Below are positions 35,810 to 47,244 of a DNA stretch of 64,000 nt, piece after piece. A program made the position numbers and the translations under genes. How positions within the stretch are numbered: position 1 is the stretch's first letter; every line of letters starts with the position of its first letter. The DNA is from Octopus sinensis (Eukaryota): the NCBI RefSeq assembly GCF_006345805.1, contig NC_043004.1, forward strand, positions 78,306,001 to 78,370,000, in the 5' to 3' direction. Below the pieces are notes generated by a model, which saw only the letters and a program-made list of their open reading frames with translations, ran no database searches and had not been told where the DNA came from.

Positions 35810-36200
35810 CATCATCATCATCATCATCATTTTAATGTCTGTTTTTCCATGCATGCATGGCTTGGACAGAGTTTATTGAGGCAGGTGTTCTATGGCCAGA
35901 CACCCTTCTTGTCAACAACTCTCACCTGTTCACAAACAAAGTAATATGTCCCCTGGGCCAGACATTTTCGCAGAAAATTGGAAATGACATTCACAGATGT
36001 CAAGACAAGGAGACAAGCATGCACACACACATACACACACACGTGACGGGTTGTTTTCTTCCGTTTCCCTTCTACCAAATCTGCTCACAAGGTTTTGTTC
36101 AGCTTGCGGCTACAGTAGAAGACTTGCCAATGTGTCATAGTGGGATTGAACCCACAACTATGCAGTTGGGAAGCAAAATTTTTAACCATGCAGTCATGTT
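35810..36200 (-). mobile_element. SINE family A' (family A head, RTE-type (GAT)n tail)
   Basis: Starts with (CAT)n on + and ends with the reverse complement of the tRNA-like head. Confidence 0.78.
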
Positions 36201-37034
36201 TTCCTTTTGTATTTGGTTTGCAAGATTCTTGATGTGAATTTGTGTGTTGAAACAAATTTTATAGTACTTTGAGGGTCATTATGCCGATAACAATAAACAC
36301 ATGCACTGGTTCAGTATCACTTTATAGAGTAATGCCTACACTTATATACAATCTTTTAGATAGAAAAAAAAACAACCCCAAAACAGTCATTACAATCACG
36401 ATGATGCTGATTGTTTTAAATATATGAAAGCGTTCTATACTAAAGTGTTTGTATAAAATAAGTAGTCTTAGAGGACCAATAAATATATTTAACTCTTTTT
36501 ATAACAATCTTCTTCAGACTGCCTCTGGTTTTATGATACAAAACTCTCTATTTTAAGATGTTGATATCCATATTAAAACTTTTCTCATAATTTTATGTTA
36601 GGACTCTTTGTCATGTCCCAGACACTTGCCGAACAATGTAAAGAAGTTATTTTTACCAACTCCCACCCAATCCATGATATGACAGTATTTTAGATAAAAA
36701 AAATGTTGGCAGTATTTTTTAGGAAATCTGGTCAGAAAAGGGGTTGATATAGTTTGACATATGAAAGTGTTGAGTCATGCACTAAATTCCTTATAAAATA
36801 GAATTTTTATCTCCTTTACATTCCATATTTTGTTTCATCTATGTATGGTTAAAAGCATAAGTGAAAGGTGTGTTCTGGGGTACATTCCAATGATTCTCTC
36901 TTTCTCTCACACACATACACCCACTCACACAGATACAAAGACCTTGTGCTTATGAAACATATTCAGACATGCTGTAATAAGAGATAAAACACCATATGAT
37001 GTCTTTTACCAGAATTCCTCATTTTACCCGCTTG

Positions 37035-37520
37035 GCTTTGTGGTTAGGGTATCGTTGGTTCAATTCCCAGCGATGCATTGTGTCCTTGAGCAAGATACTT
37101 TATTTCGCAATGCTTCAGTCCACTTAAGGTGGCGAGCTGGCAGAAATGTTAGCATGCCGGGTGAAATGCTTAGTGGTATTTCGTCTGTCTTTACATTCTG
37201 AGTTCAAATTCTGCTGAGGTCGAATTTGCCTTTTATCCTTTCAGGGTTGATAAATTAAGTACCAGTTGTATACTGGGGTCGATCTAATCGACTGGCCCCC
37301 TCCCACCAAATTTCGGTCCACTCAGCTGGTAAAGATGAGTTGTATCTGTATTTCAAAGGGCCAGCCTTGTCACACTCTGTGTCACACTGAATCTCCGTGA
37401 GAACTACATTAAGGGTACATGTGTCTGTGGAGTGCTCAGCCACTTGCACGTTAATTTCATGAGCAGGCTGTTCTGTTGATTGGATCAACTGGAACCTTCT
37501 TCATGATAACCAATGAAGTA
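37035..37520 (+). mobile_element. Meta-core SINE with a different tail (host of the family B insertion)
   Basis: tgtgtccttgagcaagatacttt...gtccact|cagctgg..., tail ttaatttcatgagcaggctgttc; this tail also occurs at about 25140-25220 (-). Confidence 0.72.
37125..37315 (+). mobile_element. tRNA-like SINE family B nested in a Meta-type SINE, with a 7-bp TSD GTCCACT
   Basis: aggtggcgagctggcagaa...gagttcaaattc...tactggggtcgat; GTCCACT at 37118-37124 and 37316-37322. Other copies at about 8515-8720 (+), 38030-38190 (+), 39772-39985 (+), 17480-17650 (-), 40995-41190 (-), 51160-51350 (-) and 55270-55360 (+, partial). Confidence 0.85.
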
Positions 37521-38524
37521 CCAGTTAATATCATTAACTATGGTGTACACACAATGATTATAATTTAATTTTCCTCAAATTTCTTGGTGCTTTTATAAAA
37601 TGATGAAATGAATACTAATTTTAAAAGGAAACTATTTATCACATTAGAATTAAATAAAACAAATTTATCATTTATATATTTGCTCTGAATATATGTTATT
37701 ACACACTGGTAAAATACCACCATTGAAGATTTGCTCACTATCTACTCCATCAAACCTTTCCTCTTCAAAATTTGAACTTCTCCCATAACTATCCTGTCAT
37801 TTACTCTCTCTCTCCTCCTCCAACTAACTCTGTCTCTATGACTCTTTTTCTCTCTCATTGTATGTGTATGTGTGACATTCCTTTACTCATTGCCTGCCAT
37901 GAAGCCTCATATGTGCACTCATTCTGTACCTCTTATGTTAACTCACTCTCCATATAATTTAAAGTGTGACTGGAGGAATCAACCCACTAACCTCATTTAT
38001 ATTACTTAGTATTATCATCATAATAATGCTTTGCGGTATTTTGTCTGTCTTCACCACGTTTGGAGTTCAAATTCCACCGAGGTCAACTTTGCCTTTCATC
38101 TTTTCGCGATCAATTAAATAAGTACCAGTTTTGCACTGGGGTCGATGTAATCGACTTGCCTCCTCCTGCCAAATTTTAGTCCTTGTACCTGTAATAAAAA
38201 GGATTATTATTATTATTATTATAATAATAAATATTTTAAGCAGCAAAATTAAAAGGAAGTCACACTTTCCACTCATATATTTCGTTGACACATTTTTATT
38301 GTAATTATTTTGTATTGCAACTGGAAAAAGAAAAAAAGGTTAATTAGATGAATACCTGCAACGATGACTATTAATTGTTTCACATGTTAATGTTTGTTCT
38401 AGTTGGTTGTTATTGCTGTAATTATCTCAGATAAACTTTTACATTTGCAATAATTATTTTCATCAAATCTTCTCTTATTGGGCTGCTGCTGCTGCTGCTC
38501 TTCTTTCACTGAATTCACCAGGTG

Positions 38525-38945
38525 CAGACGTGGTTGTGTGGTAGGAGGCTTGCTTCCCAACCACATGCTTCTGGGTTCAGTCCCACTGCATGGCACTTTG
38601 GGCAAGTGTCTTCTACTATTGCTTTGGACTGACCAAAGCCTTGAGAGTAGATTTGGTTGATGGAAACTTAACGAAGCCTATCTTATATACATGCATGCAC
38701 ATGTGTGCATGCATGCATGTGTGTGTGTGTGTGTGTGTTGTTACCCACCACCTCTTGACAAATGGTGTTGGTTTGTTTATGTCCCTATAACTCGGTAGTT
38801 TGGCAAAAGAGACAGAGAGAGTATATATGAAGTTTAAAAAAAAATATAAATACTGGGGTCGATTCATTCAACTAAAATTTCTACAGGCTAGTGCTGCAGC
38901 ATGGCCGTATCTAATGACTTAAACAAGTAAAAGATGAAAGATAAA
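38525..38945 (+). mobile_element. SINE family A
   Basis: Colinear with 34667-35073, more diverged. Confidence 0.8.
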
Positions 38946-40511
38946 ACATTCTAAAGGTGAAATTTCTAAAAGAAAATTTGATAAAGCTGCTGTAGTCGTC
39001 ATAATCATGTTGGGTTGAAGTAATTTATTTCAAAACAGCTTGATGCAAGTGATGGAGAGGGGGGAGATAAGGAGCATTTGTGAAGAAAGCCTGTTTCTAA
39101 TATGGCTCCAGTAGCTTCCAGCCACCATTTAGTGGGGGGTATACAGTGGGCTTGTTGGTCTGTTTCCTCACGTGGCCATTGTGAGGCAGATTCCATTAGC
39201 TGTCTGTTGTCAGTCTTTTAGGTTTCAGCAAATCACTTGATTAACACTGAAGCATGTAATTCTTTTACCTCTGCTGCTGCTGCTGATGATGATGATAATG
39301 ATGATGACTATAATGATAGTGATGATGATGATGATGATGCTTTTGCTGCTGCCCTCCTTTCTGTTTTGTTGTTATTGTTAATAGCTGAGATGATTGAGAA
39401 AAGTAAGGGATGGCTGGCTGGCTGGGGCTGGTGTGGGTGGGGTTCGTTCTGATGAGTCAGACCTGCTCAGCTGTCAGTCTTGACTTCCAACTATGATGAT
39501 GGAGAAGAAGAGAAGGAAAGAAAGGAAAAGAAATCAGTATGGAATCTGGTGTTCATCTCCTCTCAGACTTTGTAAGGAAAAGGGAGAAGAAAAATAAATT
39601 GATCCATGGAACTGATGGAAACATGTTATTGGTAAAAGTGACAGGTGTGCAATGAAGTAGTCTTTTTTGACAAAGGTGGGAAATTTTTTTTTTTTGCTTT
39701 ACTCCCAGATTTCATTATCAATCGATTTATACTTATTATTGTTGTTATTATTAGTATTATTATTATTATTAAGGTGGTGAGCTGGCAGAATAGCATGTCA
39801 GGCTAGCAGCATTTCATCTATCTTTACGTCCTGAGTTCAAATTCTGCCAAAGGTTGGCTTTTCCTTTCATCCTTTCTGGGTTGCCAAAAGTAAGTACCAG
39901 CTGCGTACTGGGGGGGGGGGGGTGATGTATTCGACTCATGCCCCTACCCTGAAATTGTTGGCCTTTTGCCAAAATTTGAAATTATTATAATAATTTGGTT
40001 TTGGAAAAATAAAAAAAATCAAAGGTTGGGTGAAATTAAGGGATTGTCTGTATTTTTAAACTTGAGGTTGTATAAGGAAAGAGATTTTTTAGTATAAACT
40101 ACTTTATTTTAAATTACATCTGTCTTGAAGTGATAATGGGGAGGGCCCCAAGTCCTCCCCACTCCTCCAATATCCTCAACCAGTTCTGAAAATTCCTTTT
40201 ATTCAAATTCTTCCAAAACTCCAAGACCTTGCTCTCTTTTCATTTTCATTATATATATTTATCTCACTTTTGAGTTTCATTATTTTCCTACTTTTTTTGA
40301 GTAACAATTATTTTTCTAAATTAATTTCCTTATTTATTTTATTTTTTTTGGTTATTTTTTTAAATATTTGCATCATTTTTCAAATCTATTCTATAAGGGA
40401 AATATTTAATAAAGATATATTCTAATAAGATATGCTACTGGAAACAACTTTAGGTATTGATAATAGCATTTTAACAGATATGGGGTTTAATAATAATTGT
40501 TTCTACTATAT

Positions 40512-40674
40512 AGGCGTAGGAGTGGCTGTGTGGTAAGTAGTTTGCTTACCAACCACATAGTTCTGGGTTCAGTCCCACTGCATGGCACCTTGAGCAAGTG
40601 TCTTCTACTATAGCCTCAGACCAATCAAATCCTTGTGAGTGGATTTGGTAGGTGGGAACTGAAAGAAGCCTGTA

Positions 40675-40721
<47 letters not shown>

Positions 40722-40995
40722 ATGTATATATATATAATGTGTGTGTATATATATATAATGTATATATATATAATGTGTGTGTATATATATATAATGTATA
40801 TTTATATAATGTGTGTGTGTATATATATATGTGTGTGTGTGTGTCAGTGTTTGTCCCTCCACCATCACTTGACAACTGATAGAATAAGTACTAGGCTTAC
40901 AAAGAATAAATCCTGGGGTCAGTTTGTTCGACTAAAGGTGGTGCTCCAGCATGGCCACAGTCAAAATGACTGAAATATACAAAGGAATAAAAGAA
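40512..40995 (+). mobile_element. SINE family A with an expanded internal TA/TG tract
   Basis: Head aggcgtaggagtggctgtgtggtaag, core and tail as in 34667-35073. Confidence 0.88.
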
Positions 40996-41225
40996 TAGGC
41001 ACAAGGTCTGAAATTTTGGAGGAGGGAGCTCGTTGATTACATCAACCCTAGTGCATGACTGGTATGTATTTTATTGGCTCAGAAAGGATGAAAGATATAA
41101 TCAACCTTGGTGGAATTTGAACTCTGAATGTAAAGAGCTGGAAGAAATGCTGTGAAGCATTTTGCCCAGTGTGCTAATGATTCTGCCAGTTTGCTTCCCT
41201 AATAATAGTAATAGTAATAATAATG

Positions 41226-41265
<40 letters not shown>

Positions 41266-41329
41266 AGTTCTATATTTAAGAGATAAGGAATTATGTACAA
41301 TATTTACATTATTTACATTTAATAATAAC

Positions 41330-41680
41330 GATAATAATGGAATTATTGTATAGAGTGCTCAAGTGCACAACAACTTGTCAAAAGTGCGTATAAAGCATAT
41401 GCATTAATGTACAAATGTCTGGGAAGCGAACAGTGTATGAGTCAGATACATGCTTGCGTGTGTATGGAGGGGAGAAAATCAGGTGTAGTGTTGGCGAATC
41501 TCAGGAAGCATGGAAGTTTTGAAGGATGCAGTGCTCTGACAACTAACAACTGATGCCAGCAGTTTGTTCCATGCTTCAGCAACTCTTAGTGTGAAAAAAT
41601 GTTTCCGAAAGTTATGGGAGCTGTGCTGTTTTCTGACTTTGTAAACATGTCCACGGGTGTTAGACAGGTGGATTTTGAAA
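41330..41680 (-). mobile_element. CR1-clade LINE 3' end
   Basis: ORF 41479-41721 reads NTRGHVYKVRKQHSSHNFRKHFFTLRVAEAWNKL..SVVS..STASFK (CR1 C-terminal pattern TRGH..KL.K...R..FFS.RV...WN.LP), followed by a short 3' UTR and an (ATT)n tail. Confidence 0.85.
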
Positions 41681-41716
41681 ATTTGATGGATATTTGTCCT
41701 CATCTTGTTTGTTGTT

Positions 41717-41762
41717 AACAAAATGTTTTGGCTGATATATCCTCCAGCCTTCTTCAGGTGTC
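41717..41762 (-). ncRNA. Second degenerate minimal hammerhead, on the opposite arm
   Basis: Minus strand GACAC CTGAAGA a GGCTG gaggatatat CAGCC aAAA CAT T TTGTT; perfect stem II, G12 changed to A, ACGT changed to ACAT. Confidence 0.55.
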
Positions 41763-41858
41763 TTGGGGAAATTTCAAACCTGGGTTCTCATTCCTAAGGC
41801 ATTTTTCAATGTTGTTATTATTCAGGTCACTGCATGCAATTGAACTCGGAATCCCCAA

Positions 41859-41904
41859 GATACCTGATGAAGGCTGGAGGGTTTATCAACCAAAACGTTG
41901 TGTT
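41859..41904 (+). ncRNA. Degenerate minimal type I hammerhead ribozyme (probably inactive; G12 is A)
   Basis: Stem I GATAC, CTGATGA (41864-41870), stem II GGCTG/CAACC, aAAA in place of GAAA, palindromic stem III ACGT, cleavage nt T41899, stem I' GTGTT. Confidence 0.6.
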
Positions 41905-44504
41905 AACAACAAACAAGATGAGGACAAATATCTGTCAAATGTAAATAATGTAAATAATAATAACTCTTATTATAACGACTATTGAAAAGTTGCAAGATGC
42001 ATAAAAAATTTAGGAAAAATAAATGAGTAAATGAGTGGAAACTTTACCAGTGAGGGTGTTAAATAAGAAAGCTCTAAAAGAGAACGACTCTCCCTGAGCA
42101 CAACAAAATTTGCTTCAACACACAAACTCACATAAAGAATCTTGCAAACCAAATCCCAAAACGAAATAATGATAATTATTATTATTATTACTAGCATACC
42201 AGTAACAACAATTACAGTAATGATAAAAGCCAATTTTTGTTTCTTAGATACAAGCATAAACTTGTTGGTTGAGTAGTTCAAAGAATCCTCTTACCACTTC
42301 ATAGAAGGATAAAAAAGAAACAAAGGCAAACAGCTGCTATGATTTGAACTTGAAAAGGTGAAGTATTGAATGATTGTGCATCTAGTTAGCTCTCTATTTT
42401 TTGCATTCACTTCAGTTATAATAATAATAATAATAATAATAATATAATAATAATAATGATTTATAAACCATTTCTAAAATATCTAGTTATATGGTGTTCC
42501 TCTTTTAGATTACTATCACAGTGAATATATATAATCTTTGAGTTGTTTACCAATTAGCAGTTTTGCTTCTCCACCCCTTTATATAACTCACCTGTAGTTA
42601 TACAGGAGTGAAATGTATATACATACATATATATATATATTATATGATTGTTATATAACTGCCTCCCAACTGCTGCATCTGTAAAAAAGAAAAGAACCCA
42701 ACCATATCATCTTTTTTTCTATGGTTGCCTATTTTTTGTTTTTTACTGTTATTTATTTAGTATATTCAGCTGCTATTTTCAGTTTCTTTTTCTTCGTCAA
42801 ACATAATCAGAGCAACTTCTGAAATCAGAGGAGTTAACAAACCCAGTTCTGAGTCTGTGATAAACTAGAATCTTTTCAGAAGCTGTGTGTAGGGTTCTGA
42901 TGTTTAAATTTAAAATATTTTTTGTCCTATTTCATAGTAATTAAATGTTTTTTTTTTTTGAGATACAGTTAATTATAAAACACCTCCCAAAAACAAAATA
43001 AATAAACAAAATATGGTAATTATGAAGATAAATTGTACGTTCGTTCTTTCTTAGTTGCTTCTTTGTTTCACTTGAACAAAAGAAAATTGGTTTCTGTTGT
43101 AACACATGTATCATAAAGTGCTCCATCTATTCTTGCATGCAGGTGTACAGTGTGTGATGGTATTATTTAATTAAATTCATATTTGGGTATAAATTCTTTT
43201 TCCAAAATTCTGACGACCTCCTCTTTTCTCAATACACACACACACACACCTTTCCCGATAGGGAAGCCGTGTATTCGCCTCTTCAGCGAGTCACTTGTTC
43301 CTGTCTCTCTACCATACTTGCATATCCCTCAATACTATACCCTACTCAGTTTTTGTGAGTCCACCAGTGTTGGTGCCACATAAAAAACACCCAGTATACT
43401 CTGGGAAGTGGTTGGCATTAGAAAGGCCATCCAGCTGTAGAAACCATGCCAATGCAGATATTGGAGCCCTCTACTTCATCTGTTCATGTTGAGCTGTCCA
43501 ACGCATTTGTTATGATGTTGTGTTTTCCACAGTTATAATTGTAGGTGTTGTATCTACTCTAGTAGCCACGATATTTTCTTGGTATCGGACACAGTGTATC
43601 TCTTCTATACCAAAATGGTATTACACCACTTCGTCTATCGTACCATCGCTGATAGCTCTGCAAGACACTGAATTTGAACCGTCTACCTTGATTGTGACTC
43701 AAACTCGACTACAACACGTAACTGACACTTAACTCTGAGAACACGTACAAAGACTCTACAACAATTGACATACAACTCCCCATACTGGTTGATGTCATCT
43801 CACTTTATAGTGGCTGGTTCATACCACTTGTCCCATGGGAGGGGTGTACCATTTCCACTACAATACTATTCCAGCATCAAAAAGAAGGGAATGTTAAATG
43901 ATAATGATTATGACATATACGTTAATCCAGACATGTTTTTTTGCTCTCCATTTTTTCCTGAGCGTCAAACTAATGCACCTTGTTTGTAGTTCCCTTGCCT
44001 GTCTCTGTATTTTGTTTTTTGTTTTTCTGTACAATTTTGAACTATGTGTGTGTGTGTGTATACATACACACACACACATATCATCATCATCATGATATAA
44101 CTCCTATATATAAAATTCTTTAATTCTTCTCACAGCTAGTTTTATCACATTATATTTGGATTATCTGTCAGACCTAATTTTAGTTTTTTATTAACTTATC
44201 TCAAAGTTGAAAATAATAAGCATGCTAGTATTAGAAACCAAACTTGAAAAGTTCCTTACTACAAAATGTGGTTCAGTACCTGTTTTTTCTATTGTTTGCC
44301 TTTCAACATGAAAAAAAGGGGAAAAAAATATTTCAATTTCCCTAATCTTACAGTTATTCTTCATCCTGTAGAAATTCTACACAACTAGTTTTGGTCAGAA
44401 ATATTCTTTGCAATGTCTTGGAGTTAGATGTCATAAAATAATGCCAATGTAGACATTTTTGTTATGCAGATTTATGTAAAACTCAGAAATTTAATTAAAT
44501 GTAA

Positions 44505-44755
44505 TTAACCCATTTGTTACTTTATTTTCATTGCGGTACACTGCCTTTATTTCAATTAATTTCTAAAATAATGAAGAATGTGGTAAATTAAATTTGTCTT
44601 TATTAGCTGAAATTTGGATTGAAAATTATGAAATTTTGATGCATGGTTTTAATTTAGATCACTTTAAAACAGGGAGTTTGCATTATATATAGAACCAGGG
44701 GTATGGATTAGAAGAATTAATATTTTACCCCACCCCGTCTTTTTAGAAGAGTTAA
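44505..44755 (-). mobile_element. Same TTAA-MITE family, about 130 bp upstream of the large exon
   Basis: ttaacccatttgttac...cactgcctttatttcaattaatt...ttttaatttagatcactttaaaacagg...tagaaccaggg. Confidence 0.65.
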
Positions 44756-44883
44756 AACTTTATCTTTAGTCTATATCAGGTTATAATAAAAATTTTCATA
44801 TTTTATTACCAAAAATATTGTTTGTTTTTTTTGTTCTTGTAACTGTTGCACGTTTCTAATAAAAATCTGTTTTCTGTTTTCAG

Positions 44884-47244
44884 AGAAAGCATCTGCATTG
44901 GTGCCAAGTTGTGAAAACAAGCTGAGTGGTTATGATCAGTATTTACCGACTCAGCCGGACAGTCATTGGGAGTTGTACAGTAGAGGTTTTGGTTCTATCA
45001 GTGGTTCTCACCAAATAGTCGATCAGCCTGCCTCCTCGGGCCCTACCAACATTGCCTATGATATGCCTTATGAAGCTGCCCATAAATTTGACATTGCAGA
45101 AGCCAATTTTTCTGTCTTTCAAAAAGAATGCAACCTTCAGACGCCAACTTCTGTTGTGTCCGTTCATAATGAACAAAAACTCAATTTCCAGAATGGTTTA
45201 AATGCAAATATTACGTCGTCTTCAATAGAAATAAATAACGAAAAATTTGAAAATGGAAGTGAAATGAAAGAGAAAACTAGTCAAGATTTACAAGATAAAC
45301 GACCTTTTCAAGAAACTCAGCCCCCTGAACTTACAACTCCTCTCGATGACATTATTATAAAAACAGAGGCGTTTATACCACGCCGCGTGAACTTGAATTT
45401 GGCAAAAAACAGTGAAAATGACCAGTCATGTATGAAATCCGAAATTGGTAAAAAAACCTCAGCTAGTGATCTGGATGCAAAGAATGAAATGTCTGTGGTA
45501 GAAGACTCTGTTGAATGTGTTGCTATTTGTGATAAACAATGTCTAGAGAATGCTTCTGTAACAAGCAACCAGACAGACACTGTTGCTGGTGTTAAAGATG
45601 ACGGATCTGTTGGTAGCAGTGTCTGGACTGCATCCGACCGTAACGAACTATCAAACTCTCAGGAAGAACCCATGTATGAAAATAACGATATTGTGATACG
45701 AAAAGTTGAGGATATGTCTGCAGTGTGCTTGAACAATTTATCTGATTCCATGCAGAACAGTCAAGAAAACCTGCCTGATATGGACATAACTGAACCCAAT
45801 GCCTTGCCCAGTCAGGATCTAAGTTATGACATAGATGATAACCCAGCAGAGGATTCCTCTCGGACCCTTGACACGAATGATTGTGACAACTTGGTGCCAT
45901 TAACTATTGGCAGTAATGAAACAAACTTCCAAGAGGTTGTTGGTTTTGATTCTATAGATAACGAAGATGAAGATATGGAAGAATATCTTGAAAAGTGCTG
46001 TTCAAGTGAACCAATCCCTTTGTCTGTGAATCCGTCTGGAGTATTAGTTGAAGCTGAGTGTCATGTACATTCTGAAATGTCTGGCTCCCCTATGGAGCTG
46101 CCTGAAGTACTTGGCAACGGTGTCCTACCTAATGAGTCTGTAATGTCAGAAAACTTGGATAAACCTATGGATTTATCAAGTGATACTGCTGCTCATATAA
46201 CAAATGAGGAATGGAATTCTATAGACATTTCTAAAAGCAATTCTGATTTCCAGTCAGAGAACTTTGAACACGAAACTCTGTATGTTGGCGATTCAGATTT
46301 ACCTAATAATTCTGCAGAAAATGGTTTTCCTTCTCCAACATATGTTAGTTCAGGAAGTTGTGAACCTATTGAGAATGGTTTCCCAAGTTCCCCTGTAGAA
46401 AATGGTTTAAATTCATCATTTACAGAATGCCATCAATCTTCTACACTTGGCGCTCGACCTAAAGAACCCACTTTACCGAAATTAGCACGGCCCAACAGCC
46501 TTTTAGGTTTGTCTAAAGTGTGTTTGGACACACCATTCGCTGCTGCTACCGTTGCACACATTTCAAGTCCTGTCTCTGATGAAGACAAATGTAAAGATTC
46601 TGCATCCAATGGCTTTCCTGATGCCACATCAGATACACCAGTGACAGGGAATCAGAAATCAATAACTCAACAGCTATTAAGTCCGCTTCAACACAAGTTG
46701 AACAATATGGACATTAAACAACGCCTTGAAAACGATACTGAAATAGAAAACAGTCCCAAATCTCCTCAGCATAACTGTGATGTTGTTCATTTATTGCCTT
46801 GTGACAGTTTACAGAAAGATGGCGCTGAAGAAAATATCAGCTCTGTAGAAGAGAATAGTGAAATTCGAGAAGACCAAAAAGAACTTGATTTTAATAACCA
46901 ACCAGATACTTGTGTTGATTCGATACAAGTGTCTTCTACAGAGTCACATTCGTCACTGTCAGACACAACCCTATCACCATCAGCTACAGTGTCATCTGGG
47001 TCTGGAGCAGTACGACCTCATTCTTGGAGCCCTTCAAGTGGTGCTTCTGTTACTGCATCTTCTTTGTTGAAATCAAAGCGGCCTACCAGCCTAAATTTAC
47101 CACAACGCATCCGAGAAGTGAATACTCCAAATGATTGGTCAGGTGGAGTAACATCACAGACATTTCCTAATGACTCTGATAATTCTAGCAGTGGTTGGTG
47201 GAATCAGAGTGGAATTCAGCCAATATCAGAAGAAAACGAATCAG
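44884..47244 (+). CDS. ZFYVE9: Large internal coding exon (2361 nt, 787 codons, phase 1 at both ends) of the SARA/endofin orthologue; acidic, Ser-rich, probably disordered N-terminal region preceding the FYVE domain
   Basis: This is the only long non-repetitive ORF (track 44898-47249). Polypyrimidine acceptor ttttctgttttcAG ends at 44883. G+AG gives E-K-A-S-A-L-V-P-S, in frame with the ORF. The donor TCAG|GTTAGT at 47245 lies just before the in-frame TAG. It contains GARPK (46449-46463), as in human ZFYVE9 GGARPKQP and ZFYVE16 GGARPKQL (from memory). FYVE and SBD are not seen, so the assignment rests on the N-terminal and GARPK motifs. Confidence 0.85.

Larger units (their letters stand above)
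41681..41940. mobile_element. Penelope-like (pLTR-type) inverted repeat: 89-bp arms (41681-41769 / 41852-41940), each with a minimal hammerhead motif
   Basis: The arms are reverse complements (about 88% identical by eye) around an 82-bp spacer. A hammerhead core is visible on each arm, in opposite orientations. The PLE link is established knowledge about minimal type I hammerheads. Confidence 0.7.
9581..44883 (+). other. 35.3-kb GT-AG phase-1 intron (may hide small alternative exons)
   Basis: GT at 9581, AG at 44882-44883; the flanking exons join in frame; the interior is dominated by repeats. Confidence 0.75.

Noticed and set aside
39169-39459. E-box CACGTG (39169-39174) and AP-1 TGAGTCA (39453-39459) in a repeat-poor patch; CTGATGA at 39449 as a hammerhead
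   Set aside because: Single 6-7-bp motifs are expected by chance in 64 kb, and no stem II/GAAA follows the CTGATGA.
43546-43763. TGTTGTA...TACAACA-bounded 218-bp segment as a solo LTR
   Set aside because: No 4-6-bp TSD with any end pairing I tried and no polyadenylation signal; left unassigned.
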